From a virus (taxonomy: Duplodnaviria; Caudoviricetes): a DNA stretch of 64,000 bases. The notes under the pieces are model-generated. The model worked only from the letters and a program-made list of their open reading frames with translations, was not told the origin of the DNA and made no database searches. This document shows, in pieces, positions 1 through 9,487 of the stretch (the stretch's first letter is position 1; every line of letters begins with the position of its first letter). The translations under genes and the position numbers were made by a program. The stretch is from IMG/VR virus record IMGVR_UViG_2630968879_000020, positions 1-64,000 of that record, one strand, 5' to 3'.

Positions 1-390
1 GAAGCTGCCTGGGATTTAGCCGCCCCGATAAAAGGGTATCTACTCGGTGATAAAGGCTATTTAGGTATTGAATTTAAACAGGAAATGAAGAAGCAGGGCA
101 TTGAGATGATTACGCCGATGCGTGCCAATATGGATGATCCTCTTCCCAAGGAAACGAGAAGCATGATCAATGCCAAACGCCGTTTAATTGAAACCGTGAT
201 TGGTCAACTTGCCGGACAATTTGCTATCGAGAAATGCTGGGCACGGGATTTGTGGCATTTGAGTAATCGAATTGCCAGAAAACTGCTTTCTCACACGTTG
301 GGTATTTTTGCCAATTTTAAACAAGGTAAAAGTCAGCGCGACTGGCTTCAACAAGCCAACGTTATAGGATGTTAAAGTCGAGCATCGCGT
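1..390 (+). mobile_element. IS982-family element, 3' part (transposase C-terminus 1..375 and right end)
   Basis: Frame 1 reads GYLLGDKGY...RRLIETVIGQL, typical IS982 DDE motifs; end placed at GTCGAGCATCGCGT, just before the iteron array. Confidence 0.8.
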
Positions 391-395
391 ATTAT

Positions 396-477
396 TACTA
401 TCGATAGCGGTCATGTCACATGCTATAAAGGTTTATTTACTCTTTATAGTAGTCATAGCACTCGCTATAGTGGTCAT
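396..477. repeat. Iteron array, four 19-bp units at 21-bp period
   Basis: TACTATCGATAGCGGTCAT (396), degenerate unit (417), TACTCTTTATAGTAGTCAT (438), CACTCGCTATAGTGGTCAT (459). Confidence 0.85.
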
Positions 478-598
478 ATGATAGCATTTACCGAAGTGCG
501 TTTTATGGCGAGTAAGATTGTGAAACGCTACTTAGCTGGGAAGATCATCATTAGGAGTGGGACTATAGCCTGCCCCACTAGATTCGATAAGTGATTTG

Positions 599-1189
599 TT
601 ATTCTTCTAAACTATCTTTTACCTTAGAAACCCATTTGTTCTTTTCTTCTTTAGAGCAACCATCTAAAAAGCGCATTTTTCTCAAATAACCGTTTTCGTC
701 GTCGTTCGCGTAAGAAAACATAAAGCACTCACGTTCGACTACATCTTCTGCCCTGTTTTTCCATTTAACGTTAACCTCATAAATATTAAATGGAAGTTTT
801 CTATCATGAAAATAGTATTTACCACCCCATACGTGGTCTACGTCAATATCAGTTAACTCAAATCCTGTAGCTTTTCTTGCAGCCCTCATAGCTGATAAGA
901 AAATCGGGTTATCGTCATGCCCAGTCAATTCATCTTCAAGGTAGCTTTTAGTTTCACTTACGTAATTATTACCAAATACCAACCATTTAAAAGTAGTAAA
1001 GGCTAAAAACCCTGATAAAACAATAGCTATGGAATATAAAATAACTTTTAGGGGTTTTTCTTCCAGTGGGGGAGCTGAACGATAAGCACGAAGAGATATA
1101 AAAAAAATATACCCAGACAGAATACATGTAGACAAGTTTAAAAAAAAGTGAAGCACTTTAATGCACCAAATAAAATGATTAATAATCAA
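599..1189 (-). CDS. Hypothetical membrane protein (two N-terminal hydrophobic segments)
   Basis: 196-aa AT-rich ORF; two TM-like stretches followed by a soluble domain. Confidence 0.65.
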   Translation of the reverse strand: MIINHFIWCIKVLHFFLNLSTCILSGYIFFISLRAYRSAPPLEEKPLKVILYSIAIVLSGFLAFTTFKWLVFGNNYVSETKSYLEDELTGHDDNPIFLSAMRAARKATGFELTDIDVDHVWGGKYYFHDRKLPFNIYEVNVKWKNRAEDVVERECFMFSYANDDENGYLRKMRFLDGCSKEEKNKWVSKVKDSLEE

Positions 1190-1306
1190 TCTGTTGATAG
1201 GTTATATCAGTGTACCACAACAAAAATTATTAATATAATGACCATATTTCTATATTCTACCGAGTCTTCCCATTCAACAACTGCGTTGAATAAATCGTAA
1301 TTGCTC

Positions 1307-1537
1307 TGTGGATAGAATTTTTCCCTACTCACTATAGTGGTCGTAATTACTATCTACAGCGGGCAATTATCTCTCTATAGTAGTCATAAGTACTGCCAAC
1401 AGTGGTTGAATTACTCTTTATAGTGGTCACAGATCCATTCTAAAGCCTTACATGGCGCTGGATTCCAGCTACGGGGATCTCTTATGATCTTAAATGGATC
1501 TCTCAGGGTCTTATTATTGGAACTATCCTGTGGAAAA
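1307..1537. other. Plasmid replication origin, P1/FIB type
   Basis: Five iterons at 1326, 1348, 1369, 1391, 1412; four GATC sites in 1432-1500; DnaA-box-like TGTGGATAG (1307) and TGTGGAAAA (1529). Confidence 0.85.
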
Positions 1538-1763
1538 TATGAATAACTTACTTTTTGATTCCAAAATTAAAATTAACTATTTGTTCTATAATGGAATTAT
1601 AAGATTTATACTAATAGATTATCTATGAATAACATTTACTAAAAAACCAATGTTGACCACCTATTACCCAATTTACTCAGAATATAAGGCACTGTTTGGT
1701 ACAACCTTATTTTTTTCAGATACGATTATAGCGCTTAAACAGAAAGAAAAATAAGGCAAATCA

Positions 1764-2390
1764 ATGATCGATCTTAAACAGAAACAAAAAAGAATCAGAC
1801 GCTTAGAAACAGGTGTCTATACTATTGAACCTGAGTCTCTGCGATCTAGAAATGATCATCTTTGTCGGATTTGCTCAATCATATCTAACTGCCCTCTCCA
1901 ACGCTCGCTAAAACTCACTCAGAGCTATGCAGAGGCTACCATACGTACTTGTGCTAGATTTGTACCCTCTATCTCATTTAATGCGCCCTACACTGGCTTA
2001 GAACACCCTATGTTTAATACGCTAAGGGCAGGTACTACATGGCAAGAACGATTAGTAAAAGGAAAAGTTATTGCGCTGACTGACTCTAAAACAGGTGAAA
2101 TCCTCCGGTTTGGAATGGTACGTAGCGTTGTTTCAGGTTCTATCGATAAAATGCTTGAGATACACGCTCAATTCAACCATCTTGCTATGGGAGGCAAATC
2201 TATCGATGAAGTGAAAACTGTTATTCAAAAGTCCTACGGCCACTTTTTAAAACCTGATTCCAAATTAACCGCTATCTATATTGAAAAAATTAGTCATTCA
2301 CTTATCGATGAGATAGATAGGAAACTCGGTGATCCACCTGAAACCATACAATCGAACGTGATTAATCTATCACGGCATCGCAACCAGTAA
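1764..2390 (+). CDS. Hypothetical protein, Cys-rich N-terminus plus possible ASCH/PUA-like domain
   Basis: CxxC..C..C cluster; NTLRAGxxW...GKVIAL pattern. Confidence 0.6.
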   Translation: MIDLKQKQKRIRRLETGVYTIEPESLRSRNDHLCRICSIISNCPLQRSLKLTQSYAEATIRTCARFVPSISFNAPYTGLEHPMFNTLRAGTTWQERLVKGKVIALTDSKTGEILRFGMVRSVVSGSIDKMLEIHAQFNHLAMGGKSIDEVKTVIQKSYGHFLKPDSKLTAIYIEKISHSLIDEIDRKLGDPPETIQSNVINLSRHRNQ

Positions 2391-2474
2391 TTCTCTCTAA
2401 AGGCGCGTAACACCTATAGCAACTTATTTTCTTTCTTCTTTGCCTTTTCTATTCTGTTATTATCCTAATTTCAA

Positions 2475-2492
2475 TATGTATATGAATACTTA
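2475..2492. promoter_or_regulatory. Phage-plasmid operator
   Basis: TATGTA-TATGAA-TACTTA upstream of sbcD. Confidence 0.7.
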
Positions 2493-2509
2493 CATAAAGG
2501 TAAAGCTAA

Positions 2510-3595
2510 ATGAAAAAAGCGCTATACGGATTAATATCTGACACGCATTACCATGTTTGGGATGCCTTTGCGACCACTTCGCACAATGGAATGAACTCTC
2601 GCCTAAAAATTCAATTGGATGCTACTTGGGAAGCAGCTGTCGCAGCAAAAGAGGCCGATGCAAAAGCGTTATTTCATGCAGGTGATGTTTTTCACGTTCG
2701 TGGCTCCATTGCGCCTACAGTTCTTCATTTCACATCAGAGCTGTATAACAAAATCATCAATACACTCGGTTTGCCGGTATATATCCTTGCTGGTAACCAC
2801 GATCTAGAAACTAACGACTCTGTATTCTCAGCAAATGCTTCAGCTTCATTTTCAAAAATAGGCGCTAATATTGTCTGTTCTAAGGCACCACAATCATTTG
2901 ATATTGATGGTGTAAAGGTTCACATGATTAGCTGGTATAGCGACCATAAATCGCTACTGAACACAGTCAAAGAACTGGCGAAAACCATCAATATATCAGT
3001 ACCAAATGATCTGATTATTCATACTTCAATTAATAAAGCGATCCCCGGTATGCCAGATGTAGGTATGGAGGCAGAAGAGTTTAACGGTTTGGGTTTTCGC
3101 TATGTTCTTTCTGGTCATTATCACAACCACAAAGAAGTTATTCCCGGTGTTATTTCGGTTGGGGCACTGACCCATCAAAACTGGGGAGATATCGGCACTA
3201 CCGCTGGCTATATGCTGATTAATCAAGATGGAACATATAGCCAACATGCAACTAAAGCCCCTATTTTCCTTGAATTAGATAACGAACTTACTCCTGAAAT
3301 GGTGAAAGGCAATTACGTCCGAATTCGCGCTGTCATCAAAGATGATGAACACGGCAAGAAGTTAGAAGAAATGGCAAAGCTGCTAGGAGCAAGTGGTATT
3401 ACTCGTAATTTTACGAAAGAGGCCTCTCTGGTAAGTGTTGGTTCTGCTACGGCGGGAACAACCAAGATCGACAGCCTTAAAGAATCTGTCGGTAATTATT
3501 GTGCGCTTATAGGGAAATCAGATACCTCTATTGATGTGGCAAAACTGACAGCGGTATGTGAGGACGTGTTATCCCAAGCAGAGGGAAAAGCATAA
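2510..3595 (+). CDS. sbcD: SbcD/Mre11-like metallophosphoesterase nuclease
   Basis: SDTH, GDVFH, GNHD, GHYH motifs. Confidence 0.9.
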   Translation: MKKALYGLISDTHYHVWDAFATTSHNGMNSRLKIQLDATWEAAVAAKEADAKALFHAGDVFHVRGSIAPTVLHFTSELYNKIINTLGLPVYILAGNHDLETNDSVFSANASASFSKIGANIVCSKAPQSFDIDGVKVHMISWYSDHKSLLNTVKELAKTINISVPNDLIIHTSINKAIPGMPDVGMEAEEFNGLGFRYVLSGHYHNHKEVIPGVISVGALTHQNWGDIGTTAGYMLINQDGTYSQHATKAPIFLELDNELTPEMVKGNYVRIRAVIKDDEHGKKLEEMAKLLGASGITRNFTKEASLVSVGSATAGTTKIDSLKESVGNYCALIGKSDTSIDVAKLTAVCEDVLSQAEGKA

Positions 3596-5514
3596 TGAAA
3601 TTCATCAAAATGACTGTTGAAAACTTCATGCGTATTGCAGAAGCAGAAGTTGAATTGAATGACCGTGGCTTGGTCTTGATTCAAGGTAAAAATACAGACG
3701 ATACATCAGCCAACAGTAACGGCTCAGGCAAATCCACTTTGATGAATGCCTTATGTTGGGGGCTTTACGGTGAAACAGCTAATGGTCTGAAAGCTGATGA
3801 TGTGTTAAGCACAGGGTTTGAAAAGAATTGCCGAGTTTCTATCGTAATTGAAAATGAAGACAGCAAACGTTATTCCATAATGCACCACCGTGCTCATACT
3901 ACCAATAAGAACCGCTTGATAGTGTCTTGTGAAGATGGTGATCTGACAAAAGGTACTGACAAGCTCACTCAGGAGTTTATCGAAAAACTGATAGGCGCTT
4001 CCAAAGAGGTATTTCTGGCTTCAATCTATGCCAGTCAGGAAAACATGCCTGATTTACCGGGCATGACCGACAAGAATTTGAAAGCTATTGTTGAAGAAGC
4101 TGCTGGGGTTGATCGTCTTACCTACTCGTATGAAATAGCTCGTGATCGGCATAACGCAAAACTTGCTGAACGTGACGGTGTTGATGGGAAAATTACTGTT
4201 GCCGGCCGTGCATTTATCAGTGCCCTGGAAACTTCCGAGGAAACTGAACACTCTGCTGCCAAATGGGAATCGCAACGTAAGGTACGTATTGCAGAGGTAA
4301 AAAAATCCATTGAATTGGCTGAAATTAATCTGGTCGAATTACAGTTGTCCAATAGAGATAACCCATCACTCGAATCAATCGATGAAAAAATTACCGCCAT
4401 CCATACTGAAATTTCTGGCGTAACAGAACATGATCGCAAGGTCAGTGAACTTGAGTCTGCCATTGCTAAAACTCGTTCAATGCAGACGATTAAACAGAGT
4501 GAAATAGATCGTCTAAAAGCACAGGCTAAACGTGCTATGACCAATGCCACGGAAGTTGTGGCTCAAGTCGGTGTGCCATGTTCTGAATGTGGTAAACCTT
4601 ACTGTGAAAGCGATTTGGCGACTGTCAAAAAAGGTCATGTTGATAAGGCTAGAACAGATATGGCTACCATTACTGCTGAGCTTATACCGGTGATTAACAT
4701 AATCACCGACCAGCTCACAAAAGCAGAGGAAAAGCTGGAAATCTTAAAAACCTCCCGCCCGAACATTGATGTTCAAATGGAAAACATTGCTCATCTTCAA
4801 AAGCAACGAACCTATATTGAAAAATCAGCTTCCAATGAGAAAGCCGCCGAAGTTTATTACAAGGCAGAAACTGAGAAATTAAAAGAGATTGAAGCTGAAA
4901 CTAACCCATTCACCGTACTCATTGAAAAAACCAAAAGAGAAGCCTTGCTCCTAAAAGATAATTTAAAGAATTTAAAAGAGAACAAGGTAATTTTAGATGG
5001 AGAATGTTTCTTGTTAGAACACGCGAGGAAAGTCTTTTCTCCTTCCGGTGTCAGAAGCCATATTTTATCTAATGTTACACCTTTCTTAAATTCCCGCACT
5101 GCGGAATATCTTAATACGCTGTCTGACGGTTCTATCGAAGCAATCTGGTCTACGATGGAAACTACCAAAAAAGGCGAAATTAAAGATAAATTTAATATTG
5201 CAGTTTCCAAAGAGGGGGCGTCTAAGTCTTTTGCCGGTTTATCTGGTGGTGAAAAGCGTAAAGTCCGTATTGCTACCGCACTGGCATTACAAGATCTCGT
5301 TGCTAACCGCGCAACTAAGAACATCCAATTATTCATCGGTGATGAAATTGATGATGCATTAGATGTAGCAGGTTTGGAACGTCTAATGGCAATTCTTGAA
5401 GTTAAGGCTCGTGAGCGTGGCACAGTGATGATTATTTCCCACAAGGAAATGAAGTCATGGTTCAGGGAAACAATCACTGTTGAATCAAAAGGTGGTCGTT
5501 CTTATGTCAACTAA
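3595..5514 (+). CDS. sbcC: SbcC/Rad50-like SMC ATPase
   Basis: Walker A NGSGKST, coiled coil with CSEC zinc hook, LSGGE signature, DEIDD. Confidence 0.92.
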   Translation: MKFIKMTVENFMRIAEAEVELNDRGLVLIQGKNTDDTSANSNGSGKSTLMNALCWGLYGETANGLKADDVLSTGFEKNCRVSIVIENEDSKRYSIMHHRAHTTNKNRLIVSCEDGDLTKGTDKLTQEFIEKLIGASKEVFLASIYASQENMPDLPGMTDKNLKAIVEEAAGVDRLTYSYEIARDRHNAKLAERDGVDGKITVAGRAFISALETSEETEHSAAKWESQRKVRIAEVKKSIELAEINLVELQLSNRDNPSLESIDEKITAIHTEISGVTEHDRKVSELESAIAKTRSMQTIKQSEIDRLKAQAKRAMTNATEVVAQVGVPCSECGKPYCESDLATVKKGHVDKARTDMATITAELIPVINIITDQLTKAEEKLEILKTSRPNIDVQMENIAHLQKQRTYIEKSASNEKAAEVYYKAETEKLKEIEAETNPFTVLIEKTKREALLLKDNLKNLKENKVILDGECFLLEHARKVFSPSGVRSHILSNVTPFLNSRTAEYLNTLSDGSIEAIWSTMETTKKGEIKDKFNIAVSKEGASKSFAGLSGGEKRKVRIATALALQDLVANRATKNIQLFIGDEIDDALDVAGLERLMAILEVKARERGTVMIISHKEMKSWFRETITVESKGGRSYVN

Positions 5515-6376
5515 GTTACCTATCGAATCTGCCATTGCTTCGGCGGTAGCTGTTGCTGATGCAATCAATCTAAGCCGAGTCTACAACTTAATGAACGTGA
5601 AAGAGATTCCGGTTTTCGCTTACTCCCATTCAATTGATGAAAATTTATGTGTAGCAGAGGCTGGAATGGAGTTTGAAAAATCAGACGCCACTGGCAGTTT
5701 TGCTATTACTCCTGACAAATGGCGTATATCCAAGCTGTTATTGCAAAAAGTTATGTCATCCGCAGCTATTGAAAAAGTTGATAGTTGGTTATCGATGAAA
5801 ATGTTAGAGGGGAAAGAGCTTCTAATGCTTCATTTCCACCGTGTGCATACGGTACTTGATGGAAAAAGCGAATATATCATCATGCCGATCCTGACTGACA
5901 GAGACGGAAAAGATATTCAAGAAAACCGACGTGTTCTGATTGAGGAAATCAATCACCTTGATTTAAACGCAACACTACAAATGGAAACTCATTATCATGC
6001 TGCAATTGAAAAGCTCACAGAAACACTTAAAAGAAACTTTTTTGAGTCCAGTTATACCAGTGGGCTATCGGTTTCCAAAAAACGCTGTACAAACCATACA
6101 GACAATATTTACGGGGTAACGTGTGGTGACTTCATCTTTAAAGTAGAGGTAAAGCATGATTGTTCTGAACTCACTCAGGATTTAAACGCAATTGCTACTT
6201 TGTCACGAAACTACTCCTTGTCAGAACAACTTAACTCCGAAAAATTTAATTCAGTCACAAAAGCACCTGAAACTACAAAAATTGAAATAGCTAAGGTATC
6301 GGAAAGAAGCATTATTGATGACGCCATTGTGAGTATTGCTGTTAACGGCAGAGCGTTTGAGTTTGGCTCTTTTTAG
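5504..6376 (+). CDS. Hypothetical protein
   Basis: Long ORF overlapping the sbcC stop, in operon. Confidence 0.75.
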   Translation: MSTKLPIESAIASAVAVADAINLSRVYNLMNVKEIPVFAYSHSIDENLCVAEAGMEFEKSDATGSFAITPDKWRISKLLLQKVMSSAAIEKVDSWLSMKMLEGKELLMLHFHRVHTVLDGKSEYIIMPILTDRDGKDIQENRRVLIEEINHLDLNATLQMETHYHAAIEKLTETLKRNFFESSYTSGLSVSKKRCTNHTDNIYGVTCGDFIFKVEVKHDCSELTQDLNAIATLSRNYSLSEQLNSEKFNSVTKAPETTKIEIAKVSERSIIDDAIVSIAVNGRAFEFGSF

Positions 6377-6397
6377 TTAAAAAACACAGGTAACACA

Positions 6398-6970
6398 GTG
6401 AATAAAATTATCAAAGTAGTCGGTATCGACCCTTCTCTATCCAATTTTGGTATTGTTTTTGGAGAGCTGGATATCGGAAATAACACGGTTGTGAAAATTG
6501 AACGCATGGAGCTGACGCAAACAGAATCAGGCGATACCAAAAAGTCTGTTCGGGTGAACAGTGACGATCTCCGTCGTGCATCGGAGATTTGGAAAAAGGC
6601 AAAACCCATTATAGATCAGGCTCAATTAATATTCTGCGAGTTACCTGTTGGCAGCCAGTCAAGTCGGGCACAAACATCATACGGTATTTGTATTGGCGTT
6701 CTGGCTTGTATTGATAAGCCACTAATTCAGGTTACACCTATTGAAATCAAAAAGTTTGTTGCCGATAAAAAGACCACGACTAAAGAAGAAATAATTGCAT
6801 GGGCTACCCAAAAACACCCAGAAGCCCCGTGGTTAACTCGTAAAGAAAAAGGCAAAGTTAAGTTGGTTAATAAAAATGAGCACTTAGCCGATGCCATTGC
6901 TGCAATTCATACCGGTATACAAACCGATCAGTATCGCCAAGTAGCCTCCGTTCTATCCTCTCTTATCTAG
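6398..6970 (+). CDS. RuvC-like Holliday junction resolvase
   Basis: GIDPS...E...HLADAIA RNase H-fold motifs. Confidence 0.85.
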   Translation: MNKIIKVVGIDPSLSNFGIVFGELDIGNNTVVKIERMELTQTESGDTKKSVRVNSDDLRRASEIWKKAKPIIDQAQLIFCELPVGSQSSRAQTSYGICIGVLACIDKPLIQVTPIEIKKFVADKKTTTKEEIIAWATQKHPEAPWLTRKEKGKVKLVNKNEHLADAIAAIHTGIQTDQYRQVASVLSSLI

Positions 6971-6973
6971 CTA

Positions 6974-7020
6974 GCCCAATATATTGGTTACTTAAAAATC
7001 AACCACACAATATATAGTTT
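6974..7020. promoter_or_regulatory. Tandem NrdR boxes
   Basis: GCCCAATATATTGGTT (6974) and ACACAATATATAGTTT (7005), 31 bp apart, upstream of nrdA. Confidence 0.8.
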
Positions 7021-7035
7021 TTGTGTGGTTGATAA

Positions 7036-7053
7036 TAGGTAAATACTTACCTA
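7036..7053. promoter_or_regulatory. Phage-plasmid operator (perfect arms)
   Basis: TAGGTA-AATACT-TACCTA. Confidence 0.8.
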
Positions 7054-7089
7054 TTATCTTTAAAATTTATCAAATTAATGGAAATATGT

Positions 7090-9378
7090 ATGACCTTAGT
7101 AGTTACTAAACGTGACGGATCGCAAGTACCGTTCGATACTGAAAAATTCAATCGTGTTGCTATGTATGGTACACAAGGTATTGATGGTGTAAGTGCATCT
7201 GCTATTGCTATGAAAGTGCATATAGGCGCACAGAATGGAGTTAAAACTACTGATATTCATTCCCTTATGGTAAAAGCTGCTGCTGACTTAATATCAGTTG
7301 ATTCCCCTAATTACAGCAAAGTAGCTGCTCGCCTTAACATTGGCCTAATTCGCAAGGAAGCTTTTGGTGGCTATGAATATCCTGACCTGTTTGAACACAT
7401 TCAGCGAATCGTTGCCATTAATAAATACGATAAAGATTTACTGACAAAATACACTGAAAAAGAAATTACAGAACTTGGTGAATACCTTGAGCCTGATCGT
7501 GATGAGTTGTTTGGTTATGCCGCAACTGTTCAGCTACGGGGAAAATATTTAGTTCAGAATCGCGTTACTGGTCAGCTTTATGAAGCTCCGCAGCATGTCT
7601 ACATGTTATCGGCTATGTGTTTTTTTCAAAACTGGAAGAAAGATACCCGTCTGCAAATGGTAAAAGACTTCTATGATGCTACTTCAACTTTCAAACTGTC
7701 TTTACCTACTCCGATCATGGCAGGTTTGCGTACTCCAACCCGTCAATTCAGTTCTTGCGTGGTTATGGAGACTGGTGATTCCCTGCCGTCAATTAACGCA
7801 ACCGCAGCCGCTATCGTTAGTTACATCTCTCAACGTGCCGGTATCGGTCTTGGTTTCGGCGCTATTCGTGCTCTTGGTAGCGAAATTCGTGGTGGTGAAG
7901 CGAACCACACGGGGGTAATTCCGTTTCTTAAATATTTCCAAGCTGCGGTGAAATCCTGTTCTCAGGGGGGCGTTCGAGGTGGAGCAGCAACGGCATTTTA
8001 TCCACTGTGGCATAAAGAATCCCAAAGCTTGTTAGTGTTAAAGAACAACAGAGGCGTTGAAGAAAACCGTGTTCGTCACATGGATTATGGCGTAATGATC
8101 AACGGTTATATGTACAAGCGCCTGATTGACGGTAAAAACATTTCACTGATTAGCCCGAATGTTGTGCCCGGTCTTTATGAAGCATTTTTTGCTGATCAAA
8201 CTGAATTTGCCCGTTTGTATGAAGCGGCAGAATCAGATGAAAATATTCAGAAGATTTCTGTTCCAGCTGTTGAGCTTTTCTCATCCTTGATGCAAGAACG
8301 TGCCTCTACTGGTCGTGTGTACATTGCTAACGTAGATCACATGAACACGCATGGTGCATTTAATCCTGCCTTTGCGCCGATTCACCAATCCAATCTCTGT
8401 ATGGAAATAGCATTACCTACAAAACCATTGGAATATGCGGACGATCCTAACGGAGAAATCTCTCTATGTACTCTGTCTGCATTTAATTTAGGTGGAATCG
8501 ATAACCTCAGTGAACTTGAACATCTTTCCTATCTATTGGTCGCGGCTCTTGATGTGTTACTGGATTATCAAAACTATCCATTGAAAGCGGCAGAATGTTC
8601 TACAAAAGGTCGCCGTAGCTTAGGTGTGGGGGTGACCAATTTTGCTTATTACTTGGCGAAGAATGGATTTAAGTATTCTGATTCTGCGGGGGATCAGTTT
8701 GTTCATGACACTTTTGAGGTTTTCCAGTATTACTTGTTAAAAGCATCTAACCGTCTGGCGAAAGAGTTCGGTGCATGCTCTATGTTTGGTGATACTCGCT
8801 ATGCGAACGGCGAGCTTCCTATCGACCACTATCGTAAGCAATTAGACAAGATAACAGGTGGCGTTACTGAACCTCTGAAAATGGATTGGGAAGCGTTACG
8901 CGAGGATATCAAAACCTATGGCCTGCGTAACTCAACTGTATCTGCTTTGATGCCATGTGAAACTTCTAGCCAAATTACAAACAGCACTAACGGTATTGAA
9001 CCGCCTCGTGGCCCTGTCTCTGTGAAGATGAGCAAAGAAGGAGCAGTGAAAATGGTCGTGCCGGGATATGAACTGCTAAAAGATCAGTATGAATACCTGT
9101 GGCAGATGGGCGGAAACAAAGGTTATCTGACCAAAGTTGCGATCATGCAGAAGTTTGTTGACCAGTCTATCTCTGCTAACACCAATTATGACCCTGAAAT
9201 TTATCCTAACGGACGTGTGCCGATGGAGGAGTTATTACGTGATCTGCTGATGGCTTATTCAATGGGAGTGAAAACACTGTATTACCACAACACCCGTGAC
9301 CGTTCTGGCGAAGAAGATGAGCGCGAAACCCCAGTTGCTCCAGCCGGTGACGATTGTGGCGACTCTTGCAAAATCTAA
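7090..9378 (+). CDS. nrdA: Class Ia ribonucleotide reductase alpha subunit
   Basis: ATP cone VTKRDG, FSSC, SNLCME, TLYY, C-terminal CGDSC. Confidence 0.97.
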   Translation: MTLVVTKRDGSQVPFDTEKFNRVAMYGTQGIDGVSASAIAMKVHIGAQNGVKTTDIHSLMVKAAADLISVDSPNYSKVAARLNIGLIRKEAFGGYEYPDLFEHIQRIVAINKYDKDLLTKYTEKEITELGEYLEPDRDELFGYAATVQLRGKYLVQNRVTGQLYEAPQHVYMLSAMCFFQNWKKDTRLQMVKDFYDATSTFKLSLPTPIMAGLRTPTRQFSSCVVMETGDSLPSINATAAAIVSYISQRAGIGLGFGAIRALGSEIRGGEANHTGVIPFLKYFQAAVKSCSQGGVRGGAATAFYPLWHKESQSLLVLKNNRGVEENRVRHMDYGVMINGYMYKRLIDGKNISLISPNVVPGLYEAFFADQTEFARLYEAAESDENIQKISVPAVELFSSLMQERASTGRVYIANVDHMNTHGAFNPAFAPIHQSNLCMEIALPTKPLEYADDPNGEISLCTLSAFNLGGIDNLSELEHLSYLLVAALDVLLDYQNYPLKAAECSTKGRRSLGVGVTNFAYYLAKNGFKYSDSAGDQFVHDTFEVFQYYLLKASNRLAKEFGACSMFGDTRYANGELPIDHYRKQLDKITGGVTEPLKMDWEALREDIKTYGLRNSTVSALMPCETSSQITNSTNGIEPPRGPVSVKMSKEGAVKMVVPGYELLKDQYEYLWQMGGNKGYLTKVAIMQKFVDQSISANTNYDPEIYPNGRVPMEELLRDLLMAYSMGVKTLYYHNTRDRSGEEDERETPVAPAGDDCGDSCKI

Positions 9379-9399
9379 CCGATTCTAATTGCTACTTTA

Positions 9400-9424
9400 A
9401 GGTGGGTGAAAACCCGCCTTTTTA
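9400..9424 (+). terminator. Rho-independent terminator-like hairpin
   Basis: AGGTGGGT-GAAA-ACCCGCCT then T run. Confidence 0.7.
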
Positions 9425-9487
9425 TTCGTCTTGAACACCTAATTGATTGATTAAGAATATAAGAACACCAAATTTAAAGGAAAAAGT

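Noticed and set aside
396-1430. Short periodic repeats as a CRISPR array
   Set aside because: 19-bp units at 21-22 bp period with no spacers, next to DnaA boxes and GATC sites: these are iterons, and no cas genes are present
2510-5514. SbcCD as an SMC-type defence system
   Set aside because: Ordinary gp46/47-like recombination nuclease with a zinc hook in a phage DNA-metabolism operon
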